A DNA stretch of 64,000 nucleotides from positions 4,030,001-4,094,000 of the forward strand of contig JBHGNT010000006.1 in NCBI GenBank assembly GCA_043228905.1. The letters are read 5' to 3'. Shown here one piece after another: positions 38,489 through 51,483 of the stretch (its first letter is position 1; every line of letters begins with the position of its first letter). Source of the DNA: Azolla caroliniana. Its lineage: Eukaryota > Plantae > Polypodiophyta. The notes below the pieces were generated by a model, which made no database searches, was not told the DNA's origin, and saw only the letters and a program-made list of their open reading frames with translations. A program made the translations under genes and the position numbers.

Positions 38489-38812
38489 GAAGGGTTTTCC
38501 TTTGCCAATGCTCCAAACAAATACAATATCAGGAGCAGCATAAAATCCATGAGCTGACAGATCAATACGCTGGAAATATCAAGCACTCGCCAACTTTGCG
38601 ACTGATGAAAACGTTCCCTTCTCAGCCACAGTCTTCCTGCGAGACTTTATTTCTTCACATGCATTTAAAACTGCCTGACCATACAAGTTTGATCTTGTTG
38701 AAGCTGCTGTTGGAGAGCCTTTGGAACCGTATGTGCTTGTCTCAGAGATAAACAGTGAACTCAAAGGACTACTAAATAAAGTAATCGCAATCTATACAAT
38801 TTTGGTATGCAA
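38489..38812 (-). pseudogene. XDH: Xanthine dehydrogenase (Moco-binding domain) gene fragment
   Basis: LHTKIV*IAITLFSSPLSSLFISETST...SPTAASTRSNLYGQAVLNACEEIKSR...LASA*YFQRIDLSAHGFYAAPDIVFVWSIGKGKPF matches plant XDH (GLHTKVAQ..ISETST..SPTAAS..YFQRIDLSAHGFY). Two in-frame stops; no other XDH exons seen. Confidence 0.9.
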
Positions 38813-39577
38813 GTGATTGTGATGCTTAGTTCGTGAGGGTTTTTGATAACTTCTTGCATGTGGAGTGTAAATTGAAATTTAGACACCGCCCGAAAACTAA
38901 TGGGTAGGTAGAACCGTAGAAACCACAAATCATACAACGGAGCAATATTTGAAATGTTTTATCAATTACAAGTGAGTTGTTTTGCTTGATTGCGATTGGA
39001 TTTTCAAAATTTGAAACTTCAAATGATTGTGCTTCAAGAACATGAAGGGAATCACGACAGATTTAATTCCAACTTGAAACTTATGTATGATGTATACAAT
39101 ATTTTCATGCACAAGTGTGTTTTCAACTCATCAATTCCACTATGAATGATTTAAACTCCATTTTCCTTAATCAAATTCTTTTCTTTTAATCTATGCTATT
39201 TTTTACTTGGTTGCAATTACTAATTTCTAGTCAACATGGAATTTCTCATCCAACCAAAATTTGACTTTTAAGGGTTTTTTTTCTTTATAAAACTTATTCT
39301 TGACTCATTGTGAGCTTTGGTTTGATGTTTGAGCTAAAGGATGTTCACATTATAGTTGGAATGATTAAGTTGTGGTTATATAGTTGATTGATAGATAATC
39401 TATAGGGTCAAAATGGGTGAGCGTGAAATATAGATAGATTGTATTATCACTCGCGAAGGTCAAATATGACGTATGTGACCGAAGGAAAACATTCGTTATT
39501 GAAACAAAAAACTGTTTATAGGTAGAGGTTACACATTGGATATCTTCATAAATAAGTTCTTTCTTAGAAACACCACC

Positions 39578-39631
<54 letters not shown>

Positions 39632-40226
39632 GTTAGTTAATTCGTTAGTTTGATGCAAATGTAGTTTGCGAAAAGAACAATGTATGGTGAGAGGGATGGG
39701 TTCGTAGTCTTGGTGGTTAGACCACTACAAGAAAAATACCAATGTTTCGTCAAAATTCCTCCTGATTTTCTGCAATTTGATTCTGAAGGATTTAGAAAAG
39801 GGAAATAGTTGAATAAGTATAAGCATGTCTACGATTCAATAGTCACTTGAATGTTTTATAGTGACACTTCTAGATAAGAAAAAGATCACACACCATAAAT
39901 AATTTCTCACTTATTGGCACTTCTCTATGATCAAAGGGAGAGACAAAATTCATTCCTTAATGATTGAAGTATTTCAAACGAAGAAATAGTTTTTGAGAAC
40001 AATTTCATTGTTTGAAGCATTAGATAAAAACAAAACAAAGCAAATATTTTATTATGTCACTAGCCATACCTTGGTATGATTCAAGAGTTAAAGTTTAAAC
40101 TATCACACACACACACACACAACATTTAATGGGACACAAGACGTTCCATGGGGAAAAACAATACCTAGGAATTAGGCGAGAATTTTTCTTGATTGTGAAA
40201 CTATAGAATAAACATTCCCTTAGATT

Positions 40227-40265
40227 TTTATAACTAATGGAAGGAGTTTTTTTTTGGAAAAAAAA
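40227..40265 (+). mobile_element. ~39-bp LINE 3'-tip insertion with 17-bp TSD
   Basis: AAACATTCCCTTAGATT at 40210-40226 and 40266-40282 flanks TTTATAACTAATGGAAGGAGTTTTTTTTTGGAAAAAAAA, which matches the LINE end at 8532-8565. Confidence 0.9.
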
Positions 40266-42363
40266 AAACATTCCCTTAGATTGTTTACTAAGGGTGGATA
40301 CAATAGATATCTATTGTTTGGGCTCAAGAAAAACAGAAGCACAATACGTCCAACGTTCATCAAATGTCTCCACCTGAAAATCATTCACAAAATTATAATG
40401 ACGTAATTTCTATTATTTTGTTTTATCTCGTCCTCAATTTTCTTAATCACGTGCTTAATCTTAATTTTCAATCTGATTGGGAGCTGAGGTTAACCAAACA
40501 TACATAATCTTATTTTGAGAAATACATAGACATGATTTCTTTGTGAAGTCCTAAGAAATATAGGCATATTTTAGTGAGCTTTTCTATATATGAGAAATTA
40601 GATGGGTATCAAGTCCATAGGTTGGGGGAATCATGCATGTTGTCCACTTGAATAACCTAGAATTAAAAGCTACACCTAGAACACAAGTCATGTATTGTTG
40701 ATAGGCATGTGAGATATATAGAATGAGACTTGAGTATACTAAGATTAGCTATATAAAATAATGACTTAATGTAATAAGTATATATGCATACATGTCGATA
40801 AAGAGGATGAAGGTTGCTAGGGTCAACATATTTGGTTTAAAACATCAAAATTGAGTGTCACACATCCCAATGGTGACAAAAAATTCTAAATCTTTTCAAT
40901 CAACATGTAAGAAAACTATTTAATGAGATTTTCTAAAACAAGCGGCTAACACTTATTAGTGTCTATATTCACATCTAAAATATCCCTTCACGCAAGTAAG
41001 AAATGGAAAAAATATAAAAGGTCTCTAAAAATACACATATATGGATTTGAAGGACCTTATGTGATCATAAAAGTGTAAGAAGTCTACTGCCAACCTTAGC
41101 TCAAGGCTTTACTATGCATGTGTAGCACAACAATTATATTTTGTAGGGGCAACGATATTCCCACCAAGGGGACATCGTGAATAGTATAGAACATAATTTT
41201 TATCATTCACAAGGAAGCCAATTTTCACATATGGAACGAAATCAACATATCATTTTATATGTGATTTCTTCCTAAGAAAGGAGGTTCTTACTATGTAATA
41301 AAAACTCTTTATATCAAAATAATGCAATCACACATATGTACGGTCACCTTTCTTGGTGGAGATTTGTGTATGGCACTTAAATTAACATGCTTGTCTAACA
41401 AGACATCATACTTCTAGGAAATTAATTTACATTCATCTTCAACTAGGTTTTCGTTGCTTACCTCACATATCTTCATACTTGGGTGATGATGCCATGATGC
41501 TACCTCAACATATAATTCTTGTGTGAGCAAGTTGAAAGAACCACTAAGGCTCCTTGAGAGACAAGACTTATGCGGGTAGAAAGATATGGTTAGATATCTT
41601 ATGGCATTTTTACTTTCTATTGGGCCCAACATTGAGTATTAACATTTGCAATGTAATATTCTAATTTTAACATGGTAGCATCTTGCTACTTCATCCTTCA
41701 AGCCTCAAGTAATCTATCTAAGATGAACTATGTGTTTGATGGAATTCAAGGCCTTAAATAGTAAATATACGTTATGCCTTGGAAAACATTTACTATTGAA
41801 AGGGGGGAGGACCACCTAAGAGTGGGTAAAAATTGTCGTGATTAACTTTGGGAATATTTTTTGTGGGGCTGGGGAATGGGCTACAAAGGGACGATAGATA
41901 ACTAAGGAGGTCATATGGGAGTAGTTAATAAGGGGAGACAAAGATTGTGACACTTACTATTGAAAATGAGGCTAAGACCATGAGAATTTGTAAGTGAACT
42001 AGTTACACAATTATACTTGGGAGGATCAAGGAGGCATGATAGACAATGTAGGTGATAGATCTACACCGATTATGCTTGTCAAGTTAACATGATATGTGTA
42101 TTAGAATTGTGTTATAATACAATTATATCTAATTAGGTCTACACCTATATTATGTTTGTCTGGGCACCATGGTTTGTGAGTTGTGATATAATACAATACT
42201 TTGACGAGAGGAAAAAGTAAGTGAAATGCGATACGATATTGGAAAAAGTGTGCGAGATGATGATTGCATTTGTGGGTCAAATTTGTTTTAACTTTTGGAT
42301 TATAGGGGGGAGGTAGGGACACATGAGAGAGAGAATTTTGAGTGTTATAAATTAGAACACATG

Positions 42364-42400
<37 letters not shown>

Positions 42401-42628
42401 GTGTGTATGTTTGTAAACATCAAGGGTGAAGAAGTAGATGTGTCTAAATGTCACTGAAGTAGCGAATGCGGGCTATGAGATCCAAACAATATACATCATA
42501 CATCATATAGCTTGTTCGCTTGTTGGACAAACTAGCTAAGTTAACTAGTTGGTTTGTGTGTATCTTTAGCAAAAGTACAAGAAAGTAAATTGGGGGTGTA
42601 TGTGTGTAACAGTGAAATAATAGATAGG

Positions 42629-45600
42629 ATGGGAAGTTCTAGCTTTGCAAGTGTCAAGGATTACACCATGGCTATGAGGAAACTGCCCGACCGGATGATG
42701 GCGCGAATGACGGCAGTTACCACGGACGAGGAGTCATCATCATTGGCCACAAGAATGGATTGCTGGTCACATCATGATGATGAGACTAATATAGTTGTGA
42801 GGAGGAAGGAGGATGAGGAGATAGTACTAGGAATGAGGCGTCGGTTGCATTGGTTGGATGTGTTGGCCATGGGTGTTGGAGGAATGGTGGGTGCTGGGAT
42901 CTTCGTGACCACGGGGCAGGCAGCGTGCTTGTATGCTGGCCCCGCGGTCATCATGTCGTATGCGGTGGCGGGGGTCTCGGCCCTTCTCTCCGCGCTTTGC
43001 TACTCGGAGTTCGCTGTCCACGTCCCCTCGGCCGGTGGCGCATTTAGCTATGTCAGAATAACCTTAGGTGCATCTCAATCTTGCTTCTCATCCTTTTCTA
43101 GCTCTCTTTATTTCTCTAGTGATAGGGCCAACCCCAGTTACCTGGTGTACACTTTGCACGTGCAACTCTCTTTGTGTGCCACATAAACCTTCTTGACCTT
43201 TCCCACTTCAACTACATATGTGGAATGATATTGGGGTTGGACACCCTTTACTTAATAACAAGCCTCTCCTTAGATAAGAACATAGCCATGAACCCTTTGC
43301 ACCTTAATGTCTTATTTAACCTTACGCATAGACAACTGAATTTGTAGATCTTTTCAATTTGTAATGTTTTGGGCAATAAAAGTCAAAGTCCTCTATCCTT
43401 CAACCCATTCATCCCAAAACTTTTGTTTTGAAAAATATTTCGTAATAATTTTCTTTGGAGAAAAATTATTAACACTAATAATAAAATTTGAACTGAGCAG
43501 GTGAATTTGCAGCTTATATAACGGGTGCAAATCTTATAATGGAGTATGTGATTTCCAATGCTGCAGTGGCACGTAGCTTCACTTCATATTTGGCCGTTGT
43601 GGTCGGGGACACGGAAGCATGGCGTGTGAAAGCTCCAGGTCTACCCCCACATTATAACATGCTTGATTTTCCCGCTGCCAGTGTTGTCCTTCTCCTCACA
43701 ATTTGCATTTGTTGGAGGTAAAATATAATGATGCACTTACTAATTAGCTTTAGCAAACAACCAAAACATTTTGCTAATTTACAAGTAAAATCCAATTAAG
43801 TAAGAAATTGATGTAGAGTAATAAGGTAAGTACTGTGGTCAACAACAAAGTTACCAACACGTGTAGTGTACTTATTATCTTCATGAATACAACAAGTTAC
43901 CCAAAAGTGTAGTTAGTGTACCTCCATTCCTAACAAATACAACCATCCAAGGTTGAGTAAAAAGTAACCAACTACCAAATTTTTGCTACTGATTTTACTC
44001 TATTCAAATTCAAGAAACCAACAAATTCACTAGATTAGCATGAGAATAAAGTGACAGACCCCGCCCAGCCAAAATTTACAATTAGTTAACTCAACCGATT
44101 TGAATATGACTAGATATATCATATGAGCTCCAACCAAGAAATTCCACTAGAAAACCATGTGTGCAATGTAGGGGTTACCCCCACAATAATTCAAATCTAG
44201 CTAAGGAAGGGGAGATTTCACAAGATCTCTAACGCAGGTGAACATATTGGGTAAACATGCCAACAAACATTCTCAAGATGATTCGGAGGAGTAATATTTG
44301 AGTTGAACAATCCAACCATCTAATGACTCTACATTTGACCTGCCAAGAATGTTCACTATATCAATGCTAGAAGGAATATGGGTGTTTATCCAATCCAAAT
44401 TAATAGACCACTTTCATTAGATGAACATAGGGATTATAGCTTCAACCAATTAACATGTAGGGAATGTAAAAGCTCAACTTATAAGTGTTTCGTGGAGCTA
44501 TGTTCAAATCCAACAAACAAACCAATTCCCTAAATGAGCATAGGAAAGTGGCATGAACATTTGGCAATCTTGGGCTCAAGTATCATTTTCATGTCCCCCT
44601 CTTTCTATCACTATACATTTTTAGTCAAATTTAAGTTGAATCTTTTGATCTAAAGGAAAACATTAAGTTTCTAAATATCTTTGTTGCACTAAAACCATTC
44701 ATAAAAAAGAGCTTGATCATTTGATTAAGGCATTTCAAAATATGCTCAACCTACCTCCTTTCTTAATAATTCTTGGTAGTAAGAATGTTACTTTATGTTA
44801 ATTCATGATCATTTTAGGCTCAAATCCTTGCACCACCTCATACCATTTCTCAACAAATTATCCCTACTAAATGTTACTTCTCATAATTTTATTTGTTGCA
44901 CTAAAACCGTTCGTCAAAAAGAGTTTGATCATTCGATGAAGGCTTTTCAAAAGATGCTCAACCTAGAATTCATATGAAAAAGTTATGCTTTCTCTTCTGC
45001 AAAAATAAAGCCTCTGAAACATTAGATTTCACCTAACATGGCATCATGCGGTTCCTCCCTCAATAATTCTTGCCCATAAGAATGTTTTTTTATTTTAATG
45101 CATGCTAATTTTACGATCAACACAATACCATTTCCCAACACATTATCCCTACTCCATGTTACTCCCATAAATTCTCATGTAATTTGAATGTCACGGTTCT
45201 CTAAAAGTTCCACAGAACTTGCTTGAAGATGGTTTTACTGACACTTTAATGCTCTCTTTGATCATCATAGTATCCTAACTGTCATGCCACTAAACCATGA
45301 CAACCACAAAAGAAGTATCCAAATCAACACACACTTCATTTCAATACCAATTCACCACGATCCAACAAGTTTGTGACACCTAACATAACCATGTGTTGAT
45401 TGAGACACATGTCAAAATCACTCACTCTCTCGATGTTATATTTTTACTTCGTGATGTTCTCATCACTACATTCATATTAACTTATATCTCCTGAAAAAAC
45501 AAATTCCCCATTGTTTGGTTGCAAAACAATATCTTAATTGCATAAACTTGACATAATTCTGGGTCTAAGCAAGAGATTTGTTAGTTCACATAAACATCGA

Positions 45601-48600
45601 CATGAATAATGAAATGAGGGATACACCATTTCTATTGTAAGTCATCATAAGGTTTCTCTTATCTACAGTATCTTGGACCTATACATTTACTCTGTGTGTG
45701 TGTGTGTGTGTTCTCTCTTTCAAATAGGTATCTCTCTTTCTCTGGTTGTGTGGCATTGTCGCACATAATGGTTAAATAAAATTATCACCATGTGAAAACA
45801 TCTAACCCATATGTGTTCTGAAAAATCATTGATCTTCCAAGAGTGACATCATTTTAGAACAAATAGAGAAACTTGTATTCTTATTTGCTTTTAAAAAACG
45901 AAAAGGGAGACACCATGTTCCTCTCAAATCATCAAAATACTTGTTAACTAGTTTTCTTAGATCATGATATAATAAATCTCATATTTGTGTAAATGTTTCT
46001 TAAGAATTTGACACTTATCTCCATCACAAATTTGTGAAACGTTTTTTTTTTACTTATTTATTATGCTTGGGACAGTACAAAATCAAGCTCAAGCTTAAAC
46101 ATCATAATTACAGTCTTGCATCTAGGAGTGATTGCGTTTGTGGTGGTTGCTGGTTTTGTGGAGGGTTCCATTCACAATCTTACACATTCATCAAGTTCAA
46201 ATAACCCTTCTGGGTTTGCACCATTTGGAGTGACAGGTGTCTTCAACGGTGCGGCACTTGTGTACTTTAGCTTCATTGGATTCGATGCCGCATCAACCAT
46301 GGCGGAGGAGGTTGATAAACCAACAAAGTCGATGTCGGTTGCAATCATCGGATCGGTGGTTCTTGTCACCATCTTGTATTGCTTAATGGCAATGTCGTTA
46401 GTCATGCTTCTCCCATATGACCAGGTTAGCTAAGAATAACGTGATTTGTTGATACGATGGCATGAGTTTTTGCTTTGTCCATGAATTTGTCTTATTCATA
46501 AGTTTTAAAAGAGGAAACGTTTGCTAATCAAAGATGAACATACATTAGGTGGACCCAAGTGCTCCCTTTGCAATTGCATTAAAGCAAAAGGTGGGGTGGG
46601 GGTGGGCAACCAATGTAGTGGGTGTGGGTGCATGTGTTGGCATCCTTAGCTCATTGTTAGTAGCAATGCTTGGCCAAGCACGCTACCTTGCTGTCATTGC
46701 TCGAGCTCACATCATTCCTACTTGTTTATCAACAATCCATCCTCGTACGACCACTCCTCTCAATTCATCCCTCCTCCTAGGTTAGTATCCTAATCCTTTT
46801 AAAACACTTTTAAGGTAGCTCATCGTTCATCTATCATACCGTTAATCACCAATTTAGAGAAAACATCGATTTTTCATTTAACTCATATATGTAAATCACA
46901 TTTCAATTGACCACGTTACTTTGATTTCATCTCTTAAAATCATTGCCCTTAACATTCAATATGCATGCAATCTTAGCATACATGTATGATTCCTTGCTTG
47001 TGGCCTGAACATGTGGATGTGCATATGATTGTTGGTAATCATGCCATGAGGCTTGTATTATCATGGGGATCTAATCAATCTTGCTTTTCTATGCAAATTA
47101 TCTATCAATGCTCACTTTTATTATGTTCCTATTAGATATTCCTTTCTACATTATTTTTATATGTAAACAATGTGTTTTATAACTTTACCACCTTGGGTGT
47201 TATGGTTTGTTATGCATATCTCTCTGGCGAGTGTTATGGTTCATTATGTATGCCAATGCTTAGTTTAAACTTTAAGTTGCATGTTATATTAGTTAGACCT
47301 TGATGTTTATATTAGTTTCTTGTTGAAAACTCTACTTATGTTTGTTAAGAGGATTGAATGAGTTCCTAAAACATAAATGTTGTAAGATTCTTGTGAAACA
47401 ACAATAGTAGAGGTTAGTCTTCACCATAGTTAAGTCATCGAGGCTAGTTGATGAACATGCTAGAAATGAGGAACTCTATCTTTCTTTCTTTTTTTTACAA
47501 GAAAGATACTACATTAGTATTAAGAAACGCCCTAAGGTTGTACATGAATTATGCATATAGGTAATTAGCCCATTGTTAAGTTCTAACTATCAACTTAAAT
47601 AAATATGTTAGTGTAGTTGTAAAACCACTCGTTAAAAATCTGCCTAGAAAATATGAGAAACACTATCTTTAGAGTCAAACACATACCCCCCCTCCCCCTC
47701 CCCCCATATATAAGTTATATAACTTGTGTTTGTATCCTATGAATCTATCTTCTTTATTGGGTAGGAAGTAAATCATTAATGTTTCCACTATAGCATTAGC
47801 ATACCTTACTGAACATATGTGTTGTTGCGCAAAGTCACAAGCATCACTATTTCTCAAAGCTTTCTAGAAAATTTAGGGTTTTCTTTATGACCGTGGGTTT
47901 TTGAAAGATTGGTAGAGAGATGTCCAACAAAACTTTGATAAAGACTAACAACTCACTTGTAATATTCATAAAAAAGAAGTTGAATGCTTTGGAGATACGG
48001 AAAGATTAGCTCAATTTCTATACTTTTTAGGGTTTCATAACTCTGAAAATTTTCTAACCATTCATATAATAAGCAAGATGGTAATTATATTTCACCTCGT
48101 TGACAAGCACTCATCGTATCTAATAATTACTAATTGAGAATGATTCAACACCATGTGACCTTGTTTGCATACAGAACTTCCCATTGGGGAAATCTAAAAT
48201 GTTCCAAGTTCTTAAACCCTTTCCTCTTTAAAATGGTGAGTTTTAACACATTTATTTGTCAAGGTAGACACTGCAATATGGACACATAATTGTAGACGAT
48301 TAGTACCCCCTCCCCACAAACCTTATGGTATACATACCTCTAGTCTCTAGAGATACCTCCTCTAGTTTACGTTGCTTTTCCCTTCGTATGAACTACCAAT
48401 TCATCTTGATTCCCAAGGCCAATGTTCAATTCCATTTTCGTCTAGTTTGTGTGACATTTTCATTATGGATATGTTACTCACGCATTACAGGTAATGAATT
48501 TTATGTTTTCAAAATTGTTTCTACCCGATAAGGATGCCCATTTGCCTATGTGAATCACACAAATAACATTACTCTTACAGCAACCATAATAATTGTATAC

Positions 48601-49678
48601 ACATAACTTTCATAGTAATACTTCGAATATGGAAGAAGACAATTATTGCATTGTACAAACTATAATTCATTTTTTGTCATTATGCCTTTCAGACTTTAGG
48701 ACTTCAAACAAAATTCTTTTTGTCCTCTTTAAAACATATGCAAATAATTTAAACATAGTTCTCCCTCTATCCATTCTTTTATAGTTGTTCTCAGATCCTT
48801 TATTCCTTCCCAACGAAGGAAATAAAACAAAGAGGTGACCGTTCATTATATTTGGGTTATCTTAACAATGTGTGGATAAGTTGCAAGTTAAATCAAGCTT
48901 TTCTTTGACGTGTGTGCCCACATTAAACCACTTAAGTTTGTGTCTTGATTTAAAAGATTGTATTTTGTTCCAAGAAAAGATTGTAAAGATCGTTACGATT
49001 TGAAAATGTGTCATGTATTTGTTGATGAGTGGTGACTACTTTATAGGTGGGGTGACAAGTATCCTGGCGTTATTTACGGAGATGCATGTACTATTGGACT
49101 TGATAGCCATTGGGACATTGTTTGTATTTTTCATGGTTGCAAATGCGTTAATCATGAGGCAACATGTAGTGAGGGGCACAACCAACGTGTGGCCTACGCT
49201 AGGATTTTTGATATCAATATCTATTGTATCCATTGCATTTGTCGTGTTTTGGCAAATTGATGGTAGTCGAACAACCGAATTAGGTCTTGCTCTTTCAACT
49301 ATTATTTTGCTGACAACAATCTTCAAAATCCTGGTTCCAATTGCGAATCCTCCTTCCTCAAAGATTTGGTCCACTCCCTCAATGCCTTTCCTTGCAGTTG
49401 CCTCAATTTTCCTAAACATATTTCTCATGGGTTCTATTAAAAAAGAAGCCTTCCTTAGGTTTGGCATTTGGTCATTGCTTGCTTCCCTCTTTTATCTTTT
49501 CTTTAGTGTGCACTCGACACATGATGCTTCCAACAGTAATCAATTAACTCTTATTACTCATGTTCATCCCCTTGTCCCCACTCCCCATCTTGATATCAAT
49601 AATAATCAACACTCTCAAGATATGCAAATTCCTTCGGTCACATTTTCGTCTCAGGCTACACCTCAAAGTAAATCTTAG
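42629..49678 (+). CDS. Cationic amino acid transporter (APC family, CAT6/7-like), ~622 aa, 5 exons
   Basis: Exons 42629-43067, 43501-43717, 46076-46424, 46549-46780 and 49047-49678 are in frame. Motifs GVGGMVGAGIFVTTG, CYSEFAV..PSAGGAFSY, YFSFIGFDAASTMAEE, MLGQARY, IGTLFVF and the C-terminal P.MPFL..SIFLNIFLM. Confidence 0.95.
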
Positions 49679-50385
49679 ACCCTTACTATGTTCTATCAAG
49701 CATAATCCTCATTACACTGTAAATCAAATGACACACATAGGAATAAGCTGTCTTTTGCACATAAAAATATTGTCATATTTAAATAACATGCATACATCTT
49801 TATTACTTGGCAGAAAGGTGCATTGGTTCCAAAAAATGACCTTCCACCAACCACTATTCATGTCATACAAGAAATAATTGTAGCCATTATTTTGAAATAT
49901 GTAAATAAAATCATTTCCCATTTCAAAACATCTTGTGATGAATTTGCACTAATTTTCTTGTTATGAAACTCACATCATATAATATTGTGTCACCACATTG
50001 GCATGCTAGTTTAAATATTGTTCTGTTTGTATTAAAATTCTATAGAGTTTACACATTTATTGAAATATTATTATTGAATTTAACATTGAAACCAATAAAC
50101 TAACATTGATAAGTTATAATTCTGGATAAATATGTACATCTCCACCAATCTCCTGATATCAACACTTCGTTGTAACTTCTCTTGCCAAATTGATTGCCTT
50201 CTCTTCTTCTTAGCTAGATTTTGATATAGACGCAACAATCAAACAATCGTGTAGGGCTTTATTCCATACATGGAGTTATATTTCTCATGTCTCAACTAAT
50301 CCTAAGCCCACAATCTTTGTGAAATTTCCAATCCCTTATCTTGGTACATCGTAGAAAACATGAAAAGATATACATATACATATAT

Positions 50386-50427
<42 letters not shown>

Positions 50428-51483
50428 CGCATATGTTCCACTCAAATGTCGTGGTTCACATGTTGGTGGAGCTTATTTTAGCATAGCGAATGGTGCTTTG
50501 TGAGATAAGAATTGTGGGTTATCGAGTGGGTGATGTCCATGAATTGTGCAATTACCATATCAAACATAGTCACATTTTGTCCACCATTTGCCCATAGGAT
50601 GATAAAAATATGACCAACAATTGAATTTATGTTTGAGCAACATCTGACCGGAGGCTCCAAATAGCCGAAAGTTTTGTTTGAGATCAACCAAGCAGACATC
50701 AATCAATTGTATGAGATTGGGATTGGCACAATCCATGGCAGAGTGGTGCACATTAAGATTTACCTTACTCCATTGCACAAAGCATCTACCACTTCTTGTT
50801 CCTAAATGTAGGATGAATTAACAATGACTTCCTACATTTTGGAGATAGCTATACATCTCATGACATCTTCAATAAGTGCCTTTTCAATGAAAGCGTTAAA
50901 CTGGTTATGGCAAATATAGTTTACTTTGTTTACGGTCTTTGTTGACGTGATATGGCATATCTAGCTTTGCAAAACACCATATTAGTACTTCTCTCATTTA
51001 AGATTGAGTCGGTGCATTTTGTAAAGAACATCCCAAAGCAAACAAAAAAACCAATGTTAATGTCATTCATACCAATTTCAGACAACCTTATTGTTTAGTA
51101 AGGTGAGAATTAAATGTCAATAGCTTGAAAATATCTAAAAATCATGGTGAGAATAAAATTGAGCACAAATCCTGGAAATTCCAGATGTATTCGATGATTT
51201 AGAATGAGAAGTTACTGGAGAAAGTAATAACTATATAGATGCAGTCGGTTCAGTTTTTCCTAGAGCTTCACACTGCTAAACGAATAAACAAAGACTCGGA
51301 AAGAATTGATCATCATGAAGTGTGTAAGCTTCAACCACATTATATCTTCCTTTTAACTTTACAAAAAATAGGTATCCAATTGAAGCATTGATAAACAATA
51401 GTATACAGTGGATATCAATGCCAAAAGCATATAGACCAGTTCCAAAATCTAAAGCCTAGATCTTTTATATACATACTGAGTTT

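Noticed and set aside
39723-39865. CACTA element (CACTACAAGAAAA terminus)
   Set aside because: Only one convincing end; the candidate right end TTTTATAGTG lacks a matching 3-bp TSD.
43800-45500. Retroelement remnant in CAT intron 2 (weak GISWLE motif and an internal duplication)
   Set aside because: Too degenerate to classify or bound by eye.
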